Assembly (NCBI GenBank): GCA_020318295.1
Contig: GCA_020318295.1_4859.1
Length of the DNA: 37,697 nucleotides
Direction: 5' to 3' (one strand)
Origin: a phage
Shown: positions 1 through 10,500 of the stretch, piece after piece
Position numbering within the stretch: the stretch's first letter is position 1
Layout: each line of letters opens with the position of its first letter
The notes under the pieces: model-generated
The model's database searches: none
The model's input: only the letters and a program-made list of their open reading frames with translations
What the model was told of the DNA's origin: nothing
Made by a program: the position numbers and the translations under genes

Positions 1-1345
1 GCTTGGACAGTTCGTATTCACCGAAGACCTCAGTCGCGGAGACTTTGATAACGAACTCAGTGATGTCTGTGGTGTCGGTTGTGAAGAACGAATCGATGAA
101 GCTTGCCGTTGATTTCTTAACGAACTCCGGCGTTGCTACCTGACCGTCCTGTCCACGCCAGAACAGTTCAGGATCGGTCGCATCGATAGCCACGTTAAAC
201 GCTTGTTTCAGTGACTGGCGATTGCGTGTTACCCAACTGCTGTCGAGCTTAGCACGCTGAATCGCAGAACGGTGGCCCCAGGCAGCGATGTAGTCTTTCT
301 GTTTTTCCAACAGTGAAGCTACACGCGTGGAGACATTGGTGTCACCTTCGTCCAGCTGGTAGATAGCGCCCAGTAACGCTTCAACGCTACCACCTTTTTC
401 CAGATAGTCGTCCATCACTTCCTGACAGATATACACTTTCTTCTCAACGTTGTCGTATCCGAAGACAATGTTACCGGTCTTGATGCGGGTAACGATGTTC
501 TGGGTGTAGGCGTAAACCCAACCGATATAGCTGTAATGCAATGGCAGCATCTGTGCTTTCCACTGCCCGCTATTCAGACCAGAGTCTTTCCACGGCATTT
601 CCAGGTAGTAGCCAGAAAGCAGCATAAACAGAATGTTGCGTTTCAGGTTGTGTGGTGCCTGGTCGCTTACCGGAGAGAGCATGTTCCCTTCGAGCATGTT
701 GCGAACGGCTTCGTTGATATTCCAACCCAGCGCATTCAACAGTTCTTTAACCAGATCGTCGTAAGCTTTGCTGCCGGTTTCTGGCAGTTCGATATCGGCA
801 GGGACGTTGGCTTTAACTGCAGGGTGCGTAGTACCATTGCCCAGCGGGTTTTCTACCGAATCAATTAATGCCTGTACCACCGGGGAGTTCAACGCCGGGT
901 CCATACCTGCAGGCACAAGTGCCCATTCTTCGCTAACTGCCTGGTTTTCAATACCCTGGTTGTTTTGGATAACCAGTTGAACAAACGGCTGAATAACGTT
1001 ACGGGCAAAGTCAAGCATACCCTGACAACGTTGGATAGCCATACGTTTCAGTTCGAACAGTGTCGGTTCGTGGTCTTCGACGTTCAGCGTTTCTGGACCC
1101 GCTGCAGTATCTGCGATTACAGACGCTTCGCCTGTACCGGCCTGCGGCGTTTTCAGTGCAGTGATATCCGGCAGAGACTGGAAGAACTCCTCGTCAGTTA
1201 TCTGTGTATCGAAAACGTTCTGCTGCGTAGTCGCTTTTGTCAGTAGACCAACAGGACTGTCAACGTCAGCTTCCAAACGAACCTGGTGTTGTTTCGCCAG
1301 TTTCATTGCGTTGGTGACAGCATTAAGTGAATATAAGTTGATCAT
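1..1345 (-). CDS. hypothetical protein, partial (start codon at 1345..1343, C-terminus beyond window start)
   Basis: Minus-strand frame from ATG at 1345 (MINLYSLNAVTNAMKLAKQ...) stays open for the first ~75 codons I translated; the ORF track lists no minus ORF starting here, so the frame probably runs off the window edge. Only short plus-strand shadow ORFs cover this region. Start overlaps upstream stop as ATGA. Confidence 0.55.
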   Translation of the reverse strand, partial: MINLYSLNAVTNAMKLAKQHQVRLEADVDSPVGLLTKATTQQNVFDTQITDEEFFQSLPDITALKTPQAGTGEASVIADTAAGPETLNVEDHEPTLFELKRMAIQRCQGMLDFARNVIQPFVQLVIQNNQGIENQAVSEEWALVPAGMDPALNSPVVQALIDSVENPLGNGTTHPAVKANVPADIELPETGSKAYDDLVKELLNALGWNINEAVRNMLEGNMLSPVSDQAPHNLKRNILFMLLSGYYLEMPWKDSGLNSGQWKAQMLPLHYSYIGWVYAYTQNIVTRIKTGNIVFGYDNVEKKVYICQEVMDDYLEKGGSVEALLGAIYQLDEGDTNVSTRVASLLEKQKDYIAAWGHRSAIQRAKLDSSWVTRNRQSLKQAFNVAIDATDPELFWRGQDGQVATPEFVKKSTASFIDSFFTTDTTDITEFVIKVSATEVFGEYELSK

Positions 1346-1635
1346 GCCTGACCCCCGTTTTTGGTGCTGATAGAATCCTGGATGCGACCAGTAATACGCG
1401 CACCCACCATATCAGCGATGTCTCGTTTCAGCAAACGCTGATCGCCCATGCGGTCAGACAGGCCATTGCTACCCTTCAGCAGTCCGTGAATAATTTCGGT
1501 GGCCAATTCAACCGCATTGCCCAGAACAACAAAGTTCATGCGTTGCTGTGGGGAATAACCTTCCGTTTCCGGATTCGTGCTATTACGGCCCACCGGAATC
1601 CCATGCTGCTGCTTGAGCGTATCTAAAATTCCCAT
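1342..1635 (-). CDS. hypothetical protein (97 aa)
   Basis: ORF with GGAG about 5 nt upstream of the ATG; stop overlaps the next start (ATGA); same orientation as flanking genes. Confidence 0.5.
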   Translation of the reverse strand: MGILDTLKQQHGIPVGRNSTNPETEGYSPQQRMNFVVLGNAVELATEIIHGLLKGSNGLSDRMGDQRLLKRDIADMVGARITGRIQDSISTKNGGQA

Positions 1636-1659
1636 TATTAACTCCGGAGTTTATTTACC

Positions 1660-1678
1660 GGGCGGGAGCGACCCGCCC
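1660..1678 (-). other. GC-rich hairpin (7-bp stem GGGCGGG/CCCGCCC, 5-nt loop) with no U-tract
   Basis: Perfect inverted repeat seen directly in the 25-nt gap between the beta'-C stop (1683) and the RBS of the 97-aa gene; no T-run follows on the minus strand. Confidence 0.3.
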
Positions 1679-1682
1679 TACA

Positions 1683-4600
1683 TTAGTTGATTTTAGCCGG
1701 CAAGGCTGGGACGTCTTCACCATCTAAGATGCGTCCGATATTCTCCCCACCACGATACCCGACAGCGTTGGTGGTTCCGATGCGCATGATAGAACCCACG
1801 ATACGTGCGTCGACGGAATCACGACCAAAGATAATGTCGAGTTCCTGCCCGTCTTCCGTTTTGTTGGTTCCATACATCACTTCCTGAACCGTCGTTTTCA
1901 GCTGGTTAGCAATAACCATCTTATCCGCTGCTGCCATCTCTACCCGGTGTGTGATGTAGAATCGGACACACAGGCTATTGTACGCTAACGGCACCCCCTC
2001 AACACGAAAATCACCGTTGACTCGACCGTCCTTCGGCTCGTCACGTTTGAGAGCCAGCGCAGTCTTCCGACGTATACGGTCGTATTTACGAACCATCTCC
2101 GCCAAAGACGGGGTCATATCTTCCACCTCGCCGTGGTAAACCACTTCGATTTTGTCGATAAACCCACGAACACCAGAGCGTGGTGCAAAGGAGCTTAACT
2201 CACGCAGCGTTTCCGCTGCTTCTTTACTGAACCCGCTCATATCGCCGGTCAGGTTGTCGGTGAAGGTGCATAGAATTGAATCCACGTCTACGTGGTCCCC
2301 TTCTTTTACCATCTCCAACAGGTTCTGGGTAAACGTCATTGTGACTTCTTTGAGTTTGGTAACATCGGCTTCAGCCTTAGCAGCGAACCGCTCACTAATG
2401 GCGTTGGAGTCCTCAATTACTTCTTCCCCTTCAATCAAAGCGACAGTTGCCAGTATCCCGTTTTTAAAACTGACCTGCGTTGGATCGTAGATGTCTGGTT
2501 CAAAGTGTTGTTCGTTGTACGTGATAACGGCACCGGCAGGGAGTTTATCTCCGCGCTTCCATTTCGTTACCAGAGTGTGTGGGTAGTAAGTCCCTTCGTG
2601 CGGACCGAACCAACGGCCCAGTGGGAAAGCTTCTTCCTCTCCGTCGTCGTATTTGATTTTAACGTGGTCGTTAAGAACCTCCACAATCTTGCCAGGTTTA
2701 TCGATTACGCGTGCGTGCTTCACAGAAGTACGGTGTGCCACGAACTTTTCTTGCTCGGTACGATACGGTGTGGTGGTTGCGCCAACACAACTGGTCGCAG
2801 AACCGAATTGAATCCCAACGAAGTTCTGACGCTTAGCATCGTCCATCAGGGTATCCGGCACCAAGCCATCAATAAACGACAGTGCCTCACCTGGCTTCAG
2901 TTTATCGAGGTCCTTTTTAAAGGTCGTGCCGTCCACGGTGTCGTAACGCGGATTGTTTGTTGCAAAGGCGGTGATACCTACATCGCCGTTATCGACCGTG
3001 TTACCGGAGACAATCCCCAGGTCGCTCGGTTGGAATTCACGGGTACTGTAGACCATGGTCTTGCGGTTACGACCACCTGTACCGCCCATGGTAACAACAT
3101 CTTTTTCTTTGATGTTCTGTACCGGGTTTGCGCCAGGAGCCAGCAGAACAGACGGGTCGGAGTTAATTGCACCCCACACCATGTCCTGCGTCAACTCAAA
3201 CTTACGATTCGAGTTAGGCGCGTTGTTGTAGTTACGCATCGCCCGCACCATTGCGGTGTAGATGTGATACGAAATACGTTGGTTCCCGATGAACATCATT
3301 TCGTCACCGTTAATTTCCGGTAACGTGTGGTCCGTCTGCAGCAGTTCATTAGAACGCTCCAGTAAGCCGATAAAGGTTTCCGGCTCGCCCATTTTCCTGA
3401 GGATACGCGCGTGCATGTCGTCAACAAATGCGGTCCGCATCAGTTTCAGCTCTTTGATGTAGCGTGGTGTTAGCCCATCTGCATCGCGTAACAGGTTCAG
3501 GTAAATGTCTTCCCGGTCAACTTCCGACTCGGTATACGTGGTAAAATGTTTAATGTAACGGTCTAAGCCGTTGACAATCATCCTCTGTTGATCGTTCTCG
3601 CAGACAATTGCAATTTTCGCATCCTGGAGACGAATAATGGAGTCGAACTGACCTTTATCGATACGTTGTCCGACAGAGAGAACCTCGTAACTGATACCAA
3701 AGTGTTTCAACATCCCGGTTAACCCGAGATAGTACGCAAACACAAAGCCCAGCGAGATTGATTTGCCCATCAGTGACAGTTCGGTCATTTCACGTGGAGC
3801 CTTAGAGGTGTCCACGCCAAAGACTTCGGCGAGCGTACCCAGTGGTTCGGTCTTATCCTTATCCACTCGATAGAGCTGGGAGTTTTTATCCATACCGACG
3901 ATGACATGACTCCGCGGTTTCTTCGCCACAGGTACCAGCTCGACACGGTCCGCGTCTGCCAGTTGCCCTTCGTTAAAGAATGCCGCTTTCTGTTTAATGT
4001 CAAAGTTCCATTGGTACCCAATTGCGTTGAACGCTGCTACACGACGTGCCACCTCGGTGTACTGACGCGGCAGTTTAGACAGCGGATCGAACACATTCGC
4101 CAGTTTTGCATCAGTGATTTCGGTGTTCTTTGGATCGACCGCGCGAGTAATAATCGCGTTAGTGAGCCAACGTCCGTAATCATTGACGACTTTATCACTG
4201 CGACGGACAAAGTTCTTCCCGTAGGCAGTGGTTAACGCTACAGTATCGTGGGACACTTTACGGATAGGAAGATCAACGCGCTGACGACGCATTGTATATT
4301 CTACACCATTCGCAACCCAAGTACCGTCTTCGGTTAATGCAGGAATTGAGAAACGTACCGTGGTTGGTTCTCCGCCAATCGGCTGAATACGCAACGTGTG
4401 GTGTTCGATATTCCCGGTAACGGAAATCTCTTTCTCAACAGTGTGATTGTGAATCGCCAAACCGAGACGCTGAGACGATGCTACTGCACCCAGAACATCT
4501 TTCGGGAAGATTTCCTGGTTGTACTGACGAATGATTTGGTCGGTGGTATTTTCCGCCCAGGCTTCATCCGTAACTAAGCGTTCAATCTTCTTAGGCTCGG

Positions 4601-5888
4601 CTTTAACTTCGAGTTTCTTCGGATCGATGGTCAGACCTTCGCCGTACGTCTCTTTAGGATTGTACGGGTTGGGTAAGTTTACGAAACGTTTAGAAGATTC
4701 GTTCAGAAACTGATACGCTTTGGCGGTGACGCGGCCCGCTTCTGCCAGGCGCTCAACTTCCTGTTTAATCACAGCATCGTGTGGGATGGTGCGTTCTACG
4801 ACGATGGTGGTTGGTTTGACATCTTCTTTCGGCGCTTCGATGACCAGATCTTCTTTCTCATCGAACTCATGATCGTTCAATGTATCGTCAACGTTGTCGC
4901 TTTGTGTTGCTTCATCGTCGACGATATCGAGGCTTTCTTCCGGTTTACTGGCAACGGTTTCAACAGCATCGTCGTCCTCTCCCAGATGTACGCGTTCATC
5001 CCCTTCCGGTGTAACGAACTCGTCATCTTCGTAGTCGGTAGACGGCGGTGTGGTCATCACCGTAGTCAGTGTACGGTAGAACATTCTGCCCATCTGCACG
5101 TCAGTCAAACGACCACCGGCAGACTTACGCATTCTTTCAATTACACCCATGTTCATGGATGTAAAACCACCGTTGTGTGTGAAGATAAAGTTCACACGAG
5201 ACAGCTGGTTCATGTCCATACCGTCGAACAGGGTTGCTTGCTGATCGCCGTAAGCCCAACCGAACAGTTCCAGTAACCACAGCAGGTTAAAGTCTTTAAA
5301 GTGTTCCAGTTTGGTTTTAACACGATCGTTATACGTCATTTTAAAACGATCGAAAGAAGGCAGTACGTTACCCAGTTCGATGATGTAGTAGTTCTGACGC
5401 ATGTACTCACGTGAGTCAGTTTTCATCTGGTTAGTTATCAGCAGCTGAATGTTGTGCAGACGTTCGTACCAGGACATCAGAGTATCAGGGTAGAAATAAT
5501 GCGGCAGCATCGGGGTGTAGTTTTCGATGAGCAGCACTTTCGGATCGGAACGTACCACGCCGTCTTCAATCATGCGACGAATACGACGGTTGTTACGATG
5601 GTACTGGAAGATTTGGCGCTCTTGACCAACAACCGGTTTCTTACGCGGGTGGCCAATAATGCCGTCTTCAGGCAGCTGGAAGTGGTGACGAATCATCGCC
5701 GGTTTTTCCAGCTGACCAAAACATGGTGTGGTTAACGGTGGTGCTAAAACCACCTGGTCTAAATCGATGGTGTGGTAGATAGAACCACGTGGGAGCTGGA
5801 GCTTCTCCAGCGGGATAATACGCGGACGACCGAACTCATCGGTCTTGCGCACGGTAAAGCGCTGGTTAAACTGTTTCAGAAAAATCAT
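1683..5888 (-). CDS. multisubunit RNA polymerase beta' subunit, C-terminal portion (1401 aa)
   Basis: N-terminus GRPRIIPLEKLQLPRGSIY resembles E. coli beta' GEPIIVPSQDVVLGLYY just after the catalytic loop; FIFTHNGG...RKSAGGRLTDVQMGR resembles the bridge-helix region (FISTHGARKG...TANSGYLTRRLVDVAQD); C-terminal ARIVGSIMRIGTTNAVGY resembles the beta' C-terminal block NVIVGRLIPAGTGYAY. Contains an acidic insertion (DYEDDEF...DDEATQSDNVDD) at roughly 4800..5050. Confidence 0.6.
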   Translation of the reverse strand: MIFLKQFNQRFTVRKTDEFGRPRIIPLEKLQLPRGSIYHTIDLDQVVLAPPLTTPCFGQLEKPAMIRHHFQLPEDGIIGHPRKKPVVGQERQIFQYHRNNRRIRRMIEDGVVRSDPKVLLIENYTPMLPHYFYPDTLMSWYERLHNIQLLITNQMKTDSREYMRQNYYIIELGNVLPSFDRFKMTYNDRVKTKLEHFKDFNLLWLLELFGWAYGDQQATLFDGMDMNQLSRVNFIFTHNGGFTSMNMGVIERMRKSAGGRLTDVQMGRMFYRTLTTVMTTPPSTDYEDDEFVTPEGDERVHLGEDDDAVETVASKPEESLDIVDDEATQSDNVDDTLNDHEFDEKEDLVIEAPKEDVKPTTIVVERTIPHDAVIKQEVERLAEAGRVTAKAYQFLNESSKRFVNLPNPYNPKETYGEGLTIDPKKLEVKAEPKKIERLVTDEAWAENTTDQIIRQYNQEIFPKDVLGAVASSQRLGLAIHNHTVEKEISVTGNIEHHTLRIQPIGGEPTTVRFSIPALTEDGTWVANGVEYTMRRQRVDLPIRKVSHDTVALTTAYGKNFVRRSDKVVNDYGRWLTNAIITRAVDPKNTEITDAKLANVFDPLSKLPRQYTEVARRVAAFNAIGYQWNFDIKQKAAFFNEGQLADADRVELVPVAKKPRSHVIVGMDKNSQLYRVDKDKTEPLGTLAEVFGVDTSKAPREMTELSLMGKSISLGFVFAYYLGLTGMLKHFGISYEVLSVGQRIDKGQFDSIIRLQDAKIAIVCENDQQRMIVNGLDRYIKHFTTYTESEVDREDIYLNLLRDADGLTPRYIKELKLMRTAFVDDMHARILRKMGEPETFIGLLERSNELLQTDHTLPEINGDEMMFIGNQRISYHIYTAMVRAMRNYNNAPNSNRKFELTQDMVWGAINSDPSVLLAPGANPVQNIKEKDVVTMGGTGGRNRKTMVYSTREFQPSDLGIVSGNTVDNGDVGITAFATNNPRYDTVDGTTFKKDLDKLKPGEALSFIDGLVPDTLMDDAKRQNFVGIQFGSATSCVGATTTPYRTEQEKFVAHRTSVKHARVIDKPGKIVEVLNDHVKIKYDDGEEEAFPLGRWFGPHEGTYYPHTLVTKWKRGDKLPAGAVITYNEQHFEPDIYDPTQVSFKNGILATVALIEGEEVIEDSNAISERFAAKAEADVTKLKEVTMTFTQNLLEMVKEGDHVDVDSILCTFTDNLTGDMSGFSKEAAETLRELSSFAPRSGVRGFIDKIEVVYHGEVEDMTPSLAEMVRKYDRIRRKTALALKRDEPKDGRVNGDFRVEGVPLAYNSLCVRFYITHRVEMAAADKMVIANQLKTTVQEVMYGTNKTEDGQELDIIFGRDSVDARIVGSIMRIGTTNAVGYRGGENIGRILDGEDVPALPAKIN

Positions 5889-5906
5889 ACATGTGCCTTA
5901 TGGGTA

Positions 5907-7520
5907 TCATTTCAACAGCGCAGCAGTCGTTCTTTTAATCACGTTGTTAACCGGATTGATTTTGAAACTGCCGTCTGTTGCAAACCAGTAGTTTTTCGAA
6001 CTGACCCACTTCCGATTTTCCTCGAGCGCTTCGGTTGACATCGGGCAGTTTGCTGAGCCGGTGTCACCATCGTAGTCACCACCCAAGCCCCCTAATCGGG
6101 ATGGGTGCGGTGCCATGGATTCCACAAAGGTTTTCACGGTACGGTCAGGGAAGCTAATTGCACCCTTCTCTTTTAACGTGACCCAATCGTCTTCCAGTTC
6201 ATGCAAATAGAGGGAAGAGGTGGTGGTCTCCAATCTTATGGTCGAGGAGTAAGTCGAACCGCGTCCCGTAACCGGATAACGCGTGATGAACGAGAAGTAG
6301 TCATTCCAAATATCGTAACCTGACAAATAGAGGAGTTCCGCTAAGCTCAGTCCGCGGACAAGCTTACGGTCACGTCCTTCCGGCAGGTCTTCAATATCGT
6401 AAAAGATTTTGAAGCTGCGTTTGTCCTGGTAGATTAATGCCACGTAATGGTCCGGATCAATCATCAGCGGTTTATGTCGAAGCTCGCGCGCTTCCATTCT
6501 GTTGATGAGCGTTTCGATGCCATCGTCGGTAGTGAAAAGGTCATACACCCGCCCGGAGACTTCCAGGAACTCACGCTTGAGTGTTTTGGTGTTAACGCCG
6601 TATAAGTTACCGTCCCCTGCCCGGATGTTACTGAGGTAACGTTCACGGATGTGGTATTGAGCCACAGGCAGTAATGCCTTCAGGGTTTGGTACAAACCGA
6701 TACGGGTATCCGTTGGACGAATCGCATCTTCGCGACCCATGACCTTGGAACCGGTTGAGAATGAAGACAGTACGTTACGCGTACCGTTCATTAACTTACG
6801 TGACGTCACTTTACGACGTGCAAAACCACCTTTACCGTCTTGGATGTTGAAAAAGTACATCCAGATATCATTAAAGGTTTGTTGGAGCTTCCAGCGAACC
6901 GGGTCAGTCAGTTCCGTTCGCGTACTGCGGTCGGGGATTGCACGTGCCAGAGAAATCAGACGGCGGTAGAGTCCGCCAATCTCTTCTTCTTGGTCGCGGC
7001 CATCCTGACGAATGACCAAATCACGTAATCCCGCAGGCAGAACCAGCACATAGCGGCTGAGACTGACCGGACGGAACTTATTGAAGAAATCGACTGTCTC
7101 GTCGCGACGCATCGATTCGTTGCGTCCCGGTGTCAGTTGTTCGTAGTAGCGTAGGAAGAAGTTGAAGCCGGTGTCTGCACCTTTATCACTGGGCAGAGCC
7201 GGCTCGAAGTCTTTTTCTTTCTCATTCCAGATAGCGAATCGCTTCCCGGAACAGATTTCTTCGTACAGCTGTTTCAGCTGGAACAATGCCAAACAAACGG
7301 TCGGTGAAATGATATCCAGTTTGATATCAATGTACGAGAACGTTGAGTCTCGTGCTTCGCTCCCTGTGAGGCCAAAAATTTCGGTTGAATACAGTCCTTC
7401 AGGGTGAAAGTTTTTCGTCAGTCCCTGAAAGGTGTCTGTTGTTGTAACTGGTTTTAAATGCGACACCAGGGACTTGTTGACGTTTAACAAGTAAAAGTCA
7501 ACCCAGTTTAGCTTTCTCAC
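5907..7520 (-). CDS. multisubunit RNA polymerase beta' subunit, N-terminal portion with DxDGD catalytic motif (537 aa)
   Basis: YVLVLPAGLRDLV...DG...GGLYRRLISLA resembles E. coli beta' [20 protein letters not shown]...LYRRVINRN; GKGGFARRKVTSRKLMNGTRNV resembles [28 protein letters not shown] at 6063..6077 sits where NADFDGD does. GTG start with AGGAG 9 nt upstream. Confidence 0.7.
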   Translation of the reverse strand: MRKLNWVDFYLLNVNKSLVSHLKPVTTTDTFQGLTKNFHPEGLYSTEIFGLTGSEARDSTFSYIDIKLDIISPTVCLALFQLKQLYEEICSGKRFAIWNEKEKDFEPALPSDKGADTGFNFFLRYYEQLTPGRNESMRRDETVDFFNKFRPVSLSRYVLVLPAGLRDLVIRQDGRDQEEEIGGLYRRLISLARAIPDRSTRTELTDPVRWKLQQTFNDIWMYFFNIQDGKGGFARRKVTSRKLMNGTRNVLSSFSTGSKVMGREDAIRPTDTRIGLYQTLKALLPVAQYHIRERYLSNIRAGDGNLYGVNTKTLKREFLEVSGRVYDLFTTDDGIETLINRMEARELRHKPLMIDPDHYVALIYQDKRSFKIFYDIEDLPEGRDRKLVRGLSLAELLYLSGYDIWNDYFSFITRYPVTGRGSTYSSTIRLETTTSSLYLHELEDDWVTLKEKGAISFPDRTVKTFVESMAPHPSRLGGLGGDYDGDTGSANCPMSTEALEENRKWVSSKNYWFATDGSFKINPVNNVIKRTTAALLK

Positions 7521-7549
7521 TTTTAAGCTCCTGAATTGGAAGAAACATT

Positions 7550-10500
7550 ATGGCAAAAAGAGGCAAAGACGGTTTCGATGATATCGATTTAGATAGACTC
7601 GACGACTGGGATGATTTCGGTGAACCACCCCGTCCCAAAGACGAGAAAAAACGAAGCCCGATACTCAGTACCCTGAATGTTGCCAGGAAGTCGGCGTTGT
7701 CAACTATCTGGCCAGAAGGGAAACGTGACCAAGTTATCCTCAAGGGGATGCCTAAGCCGGCAGCTGATGCATACGAGGGCTATCAGTCAGCGGCAGCTGC
7801 AGCAAAGGACATTTACGCCCATACGAAAGGGGAGCTTGAGAAGACCGAGCGCACGCTGAAGATGCAAGCGCGTCAACTCGGTCCGACAATGAAGAAATAC
7901 TTGCCGGATGCAGTTACTAAACGCTTCGACAAGTGGTCAAAATCTGACCAGTTAGATTACCAGAACTACGATCCGAATCAGGCATTGATGGATCGTGAAC
8001 TGGGCGACGTATTCTCAGGTGTGCCAAAGGACGCCGATGAGCAACGTCAGCTGCAGGATCGCATGGTAGAGGACAAGCTCCGTGACAGCATCAAAGAGAT
8101 GCGCGCGGATGCAATGCACCAAACCATGATTGGGATGGCGAAAGATATTAACCTGTTAACCGGGTTAAGCCGTGGGGTATTCTTAAACATCGAGCGTAAG
8201 AAGCTCGAATTGCAATACCGCACCCTGTTCGCCATTCAAGACATCGTGAAGATGAAGCAGTCGGAGTTCGATCGTAACACGCCTGCTTTAGAAGCCATCG
8301 TGAAGAACACGGCACTGCCGGATTACGCGAAGGAAGATTTCTCAGAAGTCCGTTGGGCGAACGTTAAACGCCAGGCTGCGGAATGGATGAACCCGTTGCG
8401 TTATGCTGACGGGTTTATGGACATGATTCGCGAAAATACCAAGAAGAAAATTTCTGGTATATTTGGCGAAGGTCGTGGTTTGTTAGAGTCCGTTCTCGGC
8501 ATGGGTGTTGAAGACGATTTCGGCATGAGCGATAGCTCTTCGTTGACTGCCGAACGTCGCAAAACAAATGCTCGCGATAAAGCAACTGCATGGGGTAGCG
8601 GATTCCTTGCGAAGAAACTACTCGGCCCACAAATCGAGAAACTCCAGAAATGGACTCGTGAGGAGATGGAGAAAAATCCAGAGGTCATGAAACGCCTGCA
8701 GAAGGGCGCGTTCACCTTTGGTAATCTTTCCTCTATCTCGAACTCAGCTATCGCAGGCGAAACGCAAGGACCGTTGGCGGATTTGTTCCGGGTATTGAAT
8801 GAACTCGGTATTGTCCAACCGTTAAACCGCGAGAAAGCTTTTCTTGATGAGCGTAATGGCGAAACGTTAAGCCGTTCGGCGAAGTTTGACCGCAAAGCGT
8901 ATCTTAGCATAGTTGAAGTTATTCCTGCCTGGCTGGCAGAGATTAACAAATCTGTTCGTCGTGGCTATGGCGAACATGCCGACCTGGAATATGACATCAC
9001 TAGCCGTGGTTTCGTAGACCGCAAAGTGGTCGGTAATCGTGTACGAAAAGCGGTTGCAAATGATGAGCAGCGTCTGCGTCTTCAGAATTCCATTAATAGC
9101 ACTGTGGATTTTGTTGACCGCGGCAAAACACTCTCGCAGAAGGATCGTCAGCATCTTGCCGACTATATTGAGTCGCGTGCCTCGCAGGGCCGTGCATTCG
9201 ACGTAGAAGCAATTTTGAAAGACCCGATGCATCTTCATCGGTATATGCCAGGAAACTCTGCAGAACGCATTAAGGAAGCGTTACAGGGGCATTCTGATAG
9301 CCTGGTCGGTGGTAGCAACGAATTAAGTAACGAACTGGCACGCAAAATCTCCACAGTGCAGTCATCTATCACCCAACGTCAGGCAATTATCGACGAGGCG
9401 GTGAATATTTACGGCGAGCGAGCGTTGCGTGATGCGGGTATCTTTAACTACGACGCGAAGAGTGACACCTTCGGCGTGGATAAAGACCTGTCCGATCCCT
9501 ATACCTTGTTTAATGACTTGGCGATGGGTAAGACACGCAGCGGGCGTGCATTGACTCGTGACCAGGAGATTCAACGTAAGCTGCAAAATGGTTCGGCGTT
9601 AGGCGACTATCTGCGCCGAATGAACCAAGGGGCAAGTGGTGGTGCCGATGACACGTCGTTACCGCCGGCTTTACGTGGCGGTGGTAAAGGCCGCGGAATG
9701 TCGCCTCGGCAGCTAGCCGCGGTTCTCTACGGTGAAACCTCGACTAACTTTGTTGAATTGTTGAGTCAACGTAACCGTGGCGAAGAAGCGCCACGGAATA
9801 ACTTTGACGGTATCATCGAAGCGATTCGTGGTAACAACAACAGTGACACTCTCCAGAAAATTCTGGAACACGTCAGAAGTATGGACGAAGAAGGGGTTCT
9901 CCTGGCTTCGTTAGCAGGGGGTGCTGGTTCTGGTGATGAAGAAATGGGTCCGCCTCGCCCTGGCGGTGGTAGCGGTGGCGGTAGACGCCGTCGTATTATC
10001 ATCGGTGAGGATGGGCTTATTCGTCGTTGGGGTGGTGTGTTGTTCGACACCGCAGCAGGAATCGGTGGCTTTGCGAAACGTGGTGTTAAGGGTGCCTGGA
10101 ATAAACTGAACCAGTTCGGTGGCTGGGCACGCGGTAAAGTCGCAGGAATGGGTGGCGGAGAAGGTCCTGGTTTCTTAACCCGGATGCGTGGCCTTATTAG
10201 TGGTAGTGTCCGTGGGGGCTTTGAAGCAGTAAGCTCTTTCGGTAAAGGACTACTGGGTATCCGCGACATTTACGATGACCACGGTAATGTTGTTCTGCAG
10301 GGCGCACGCCTGGAAGCTGGGGAATACTACCAGGTTATTGATGGTAAGATGGTTCAGTTGAAAACACTGGACGACATCAAGCTGGGGAGCGACATTGTTG
10401 ACTCCGCAGGTAATCTGGTATTAGCGGCCGCTGACTTAGCCGCAGCCGGTAAACTCCGCTACTATAAAGGCGGGAAAATCCAAGCGCTGACCCAAGGTCT

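Noticed and set aside
1342-1635. 97-aa ORF as a detached C-terminal fragment of an RNAP subunit
   Set aside because: Only a vague QR...V.L..A.E resemblance to the beta C-terminal GGQRFGEMEVWALEAYGA block; too weak, and the adjacent large protein is beta', not beta.
2292-3323. 343-aa plus-strand ORF, plus several shorter ones, inside the beta'-C gene
   Set aside because: Entirely antisense to a 1401-aa gene with recognisable RNAP motifs; no RBS and low-complexity translation; a typical shadow ORF.
1683-5888. Initial reading of the 1401-aa protein as an RNAP beta (RpoB-like) subunit
   Set aside because: The apparent DKM..G...V similarity near its C-terminus is better explained as the beta' C-terminal NVIVGRLIPAGTG block; the N-terminus and bridge-helix matches are beta'-specific.
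7550-7600. Partial resemblance of GATATCGATTTAGATAGACTC to the promoter-like motif
   Set aside because: Shares only TAGATAG with the 12-nt core, lies in coding sequence and has the wrong spacing; probably chance.
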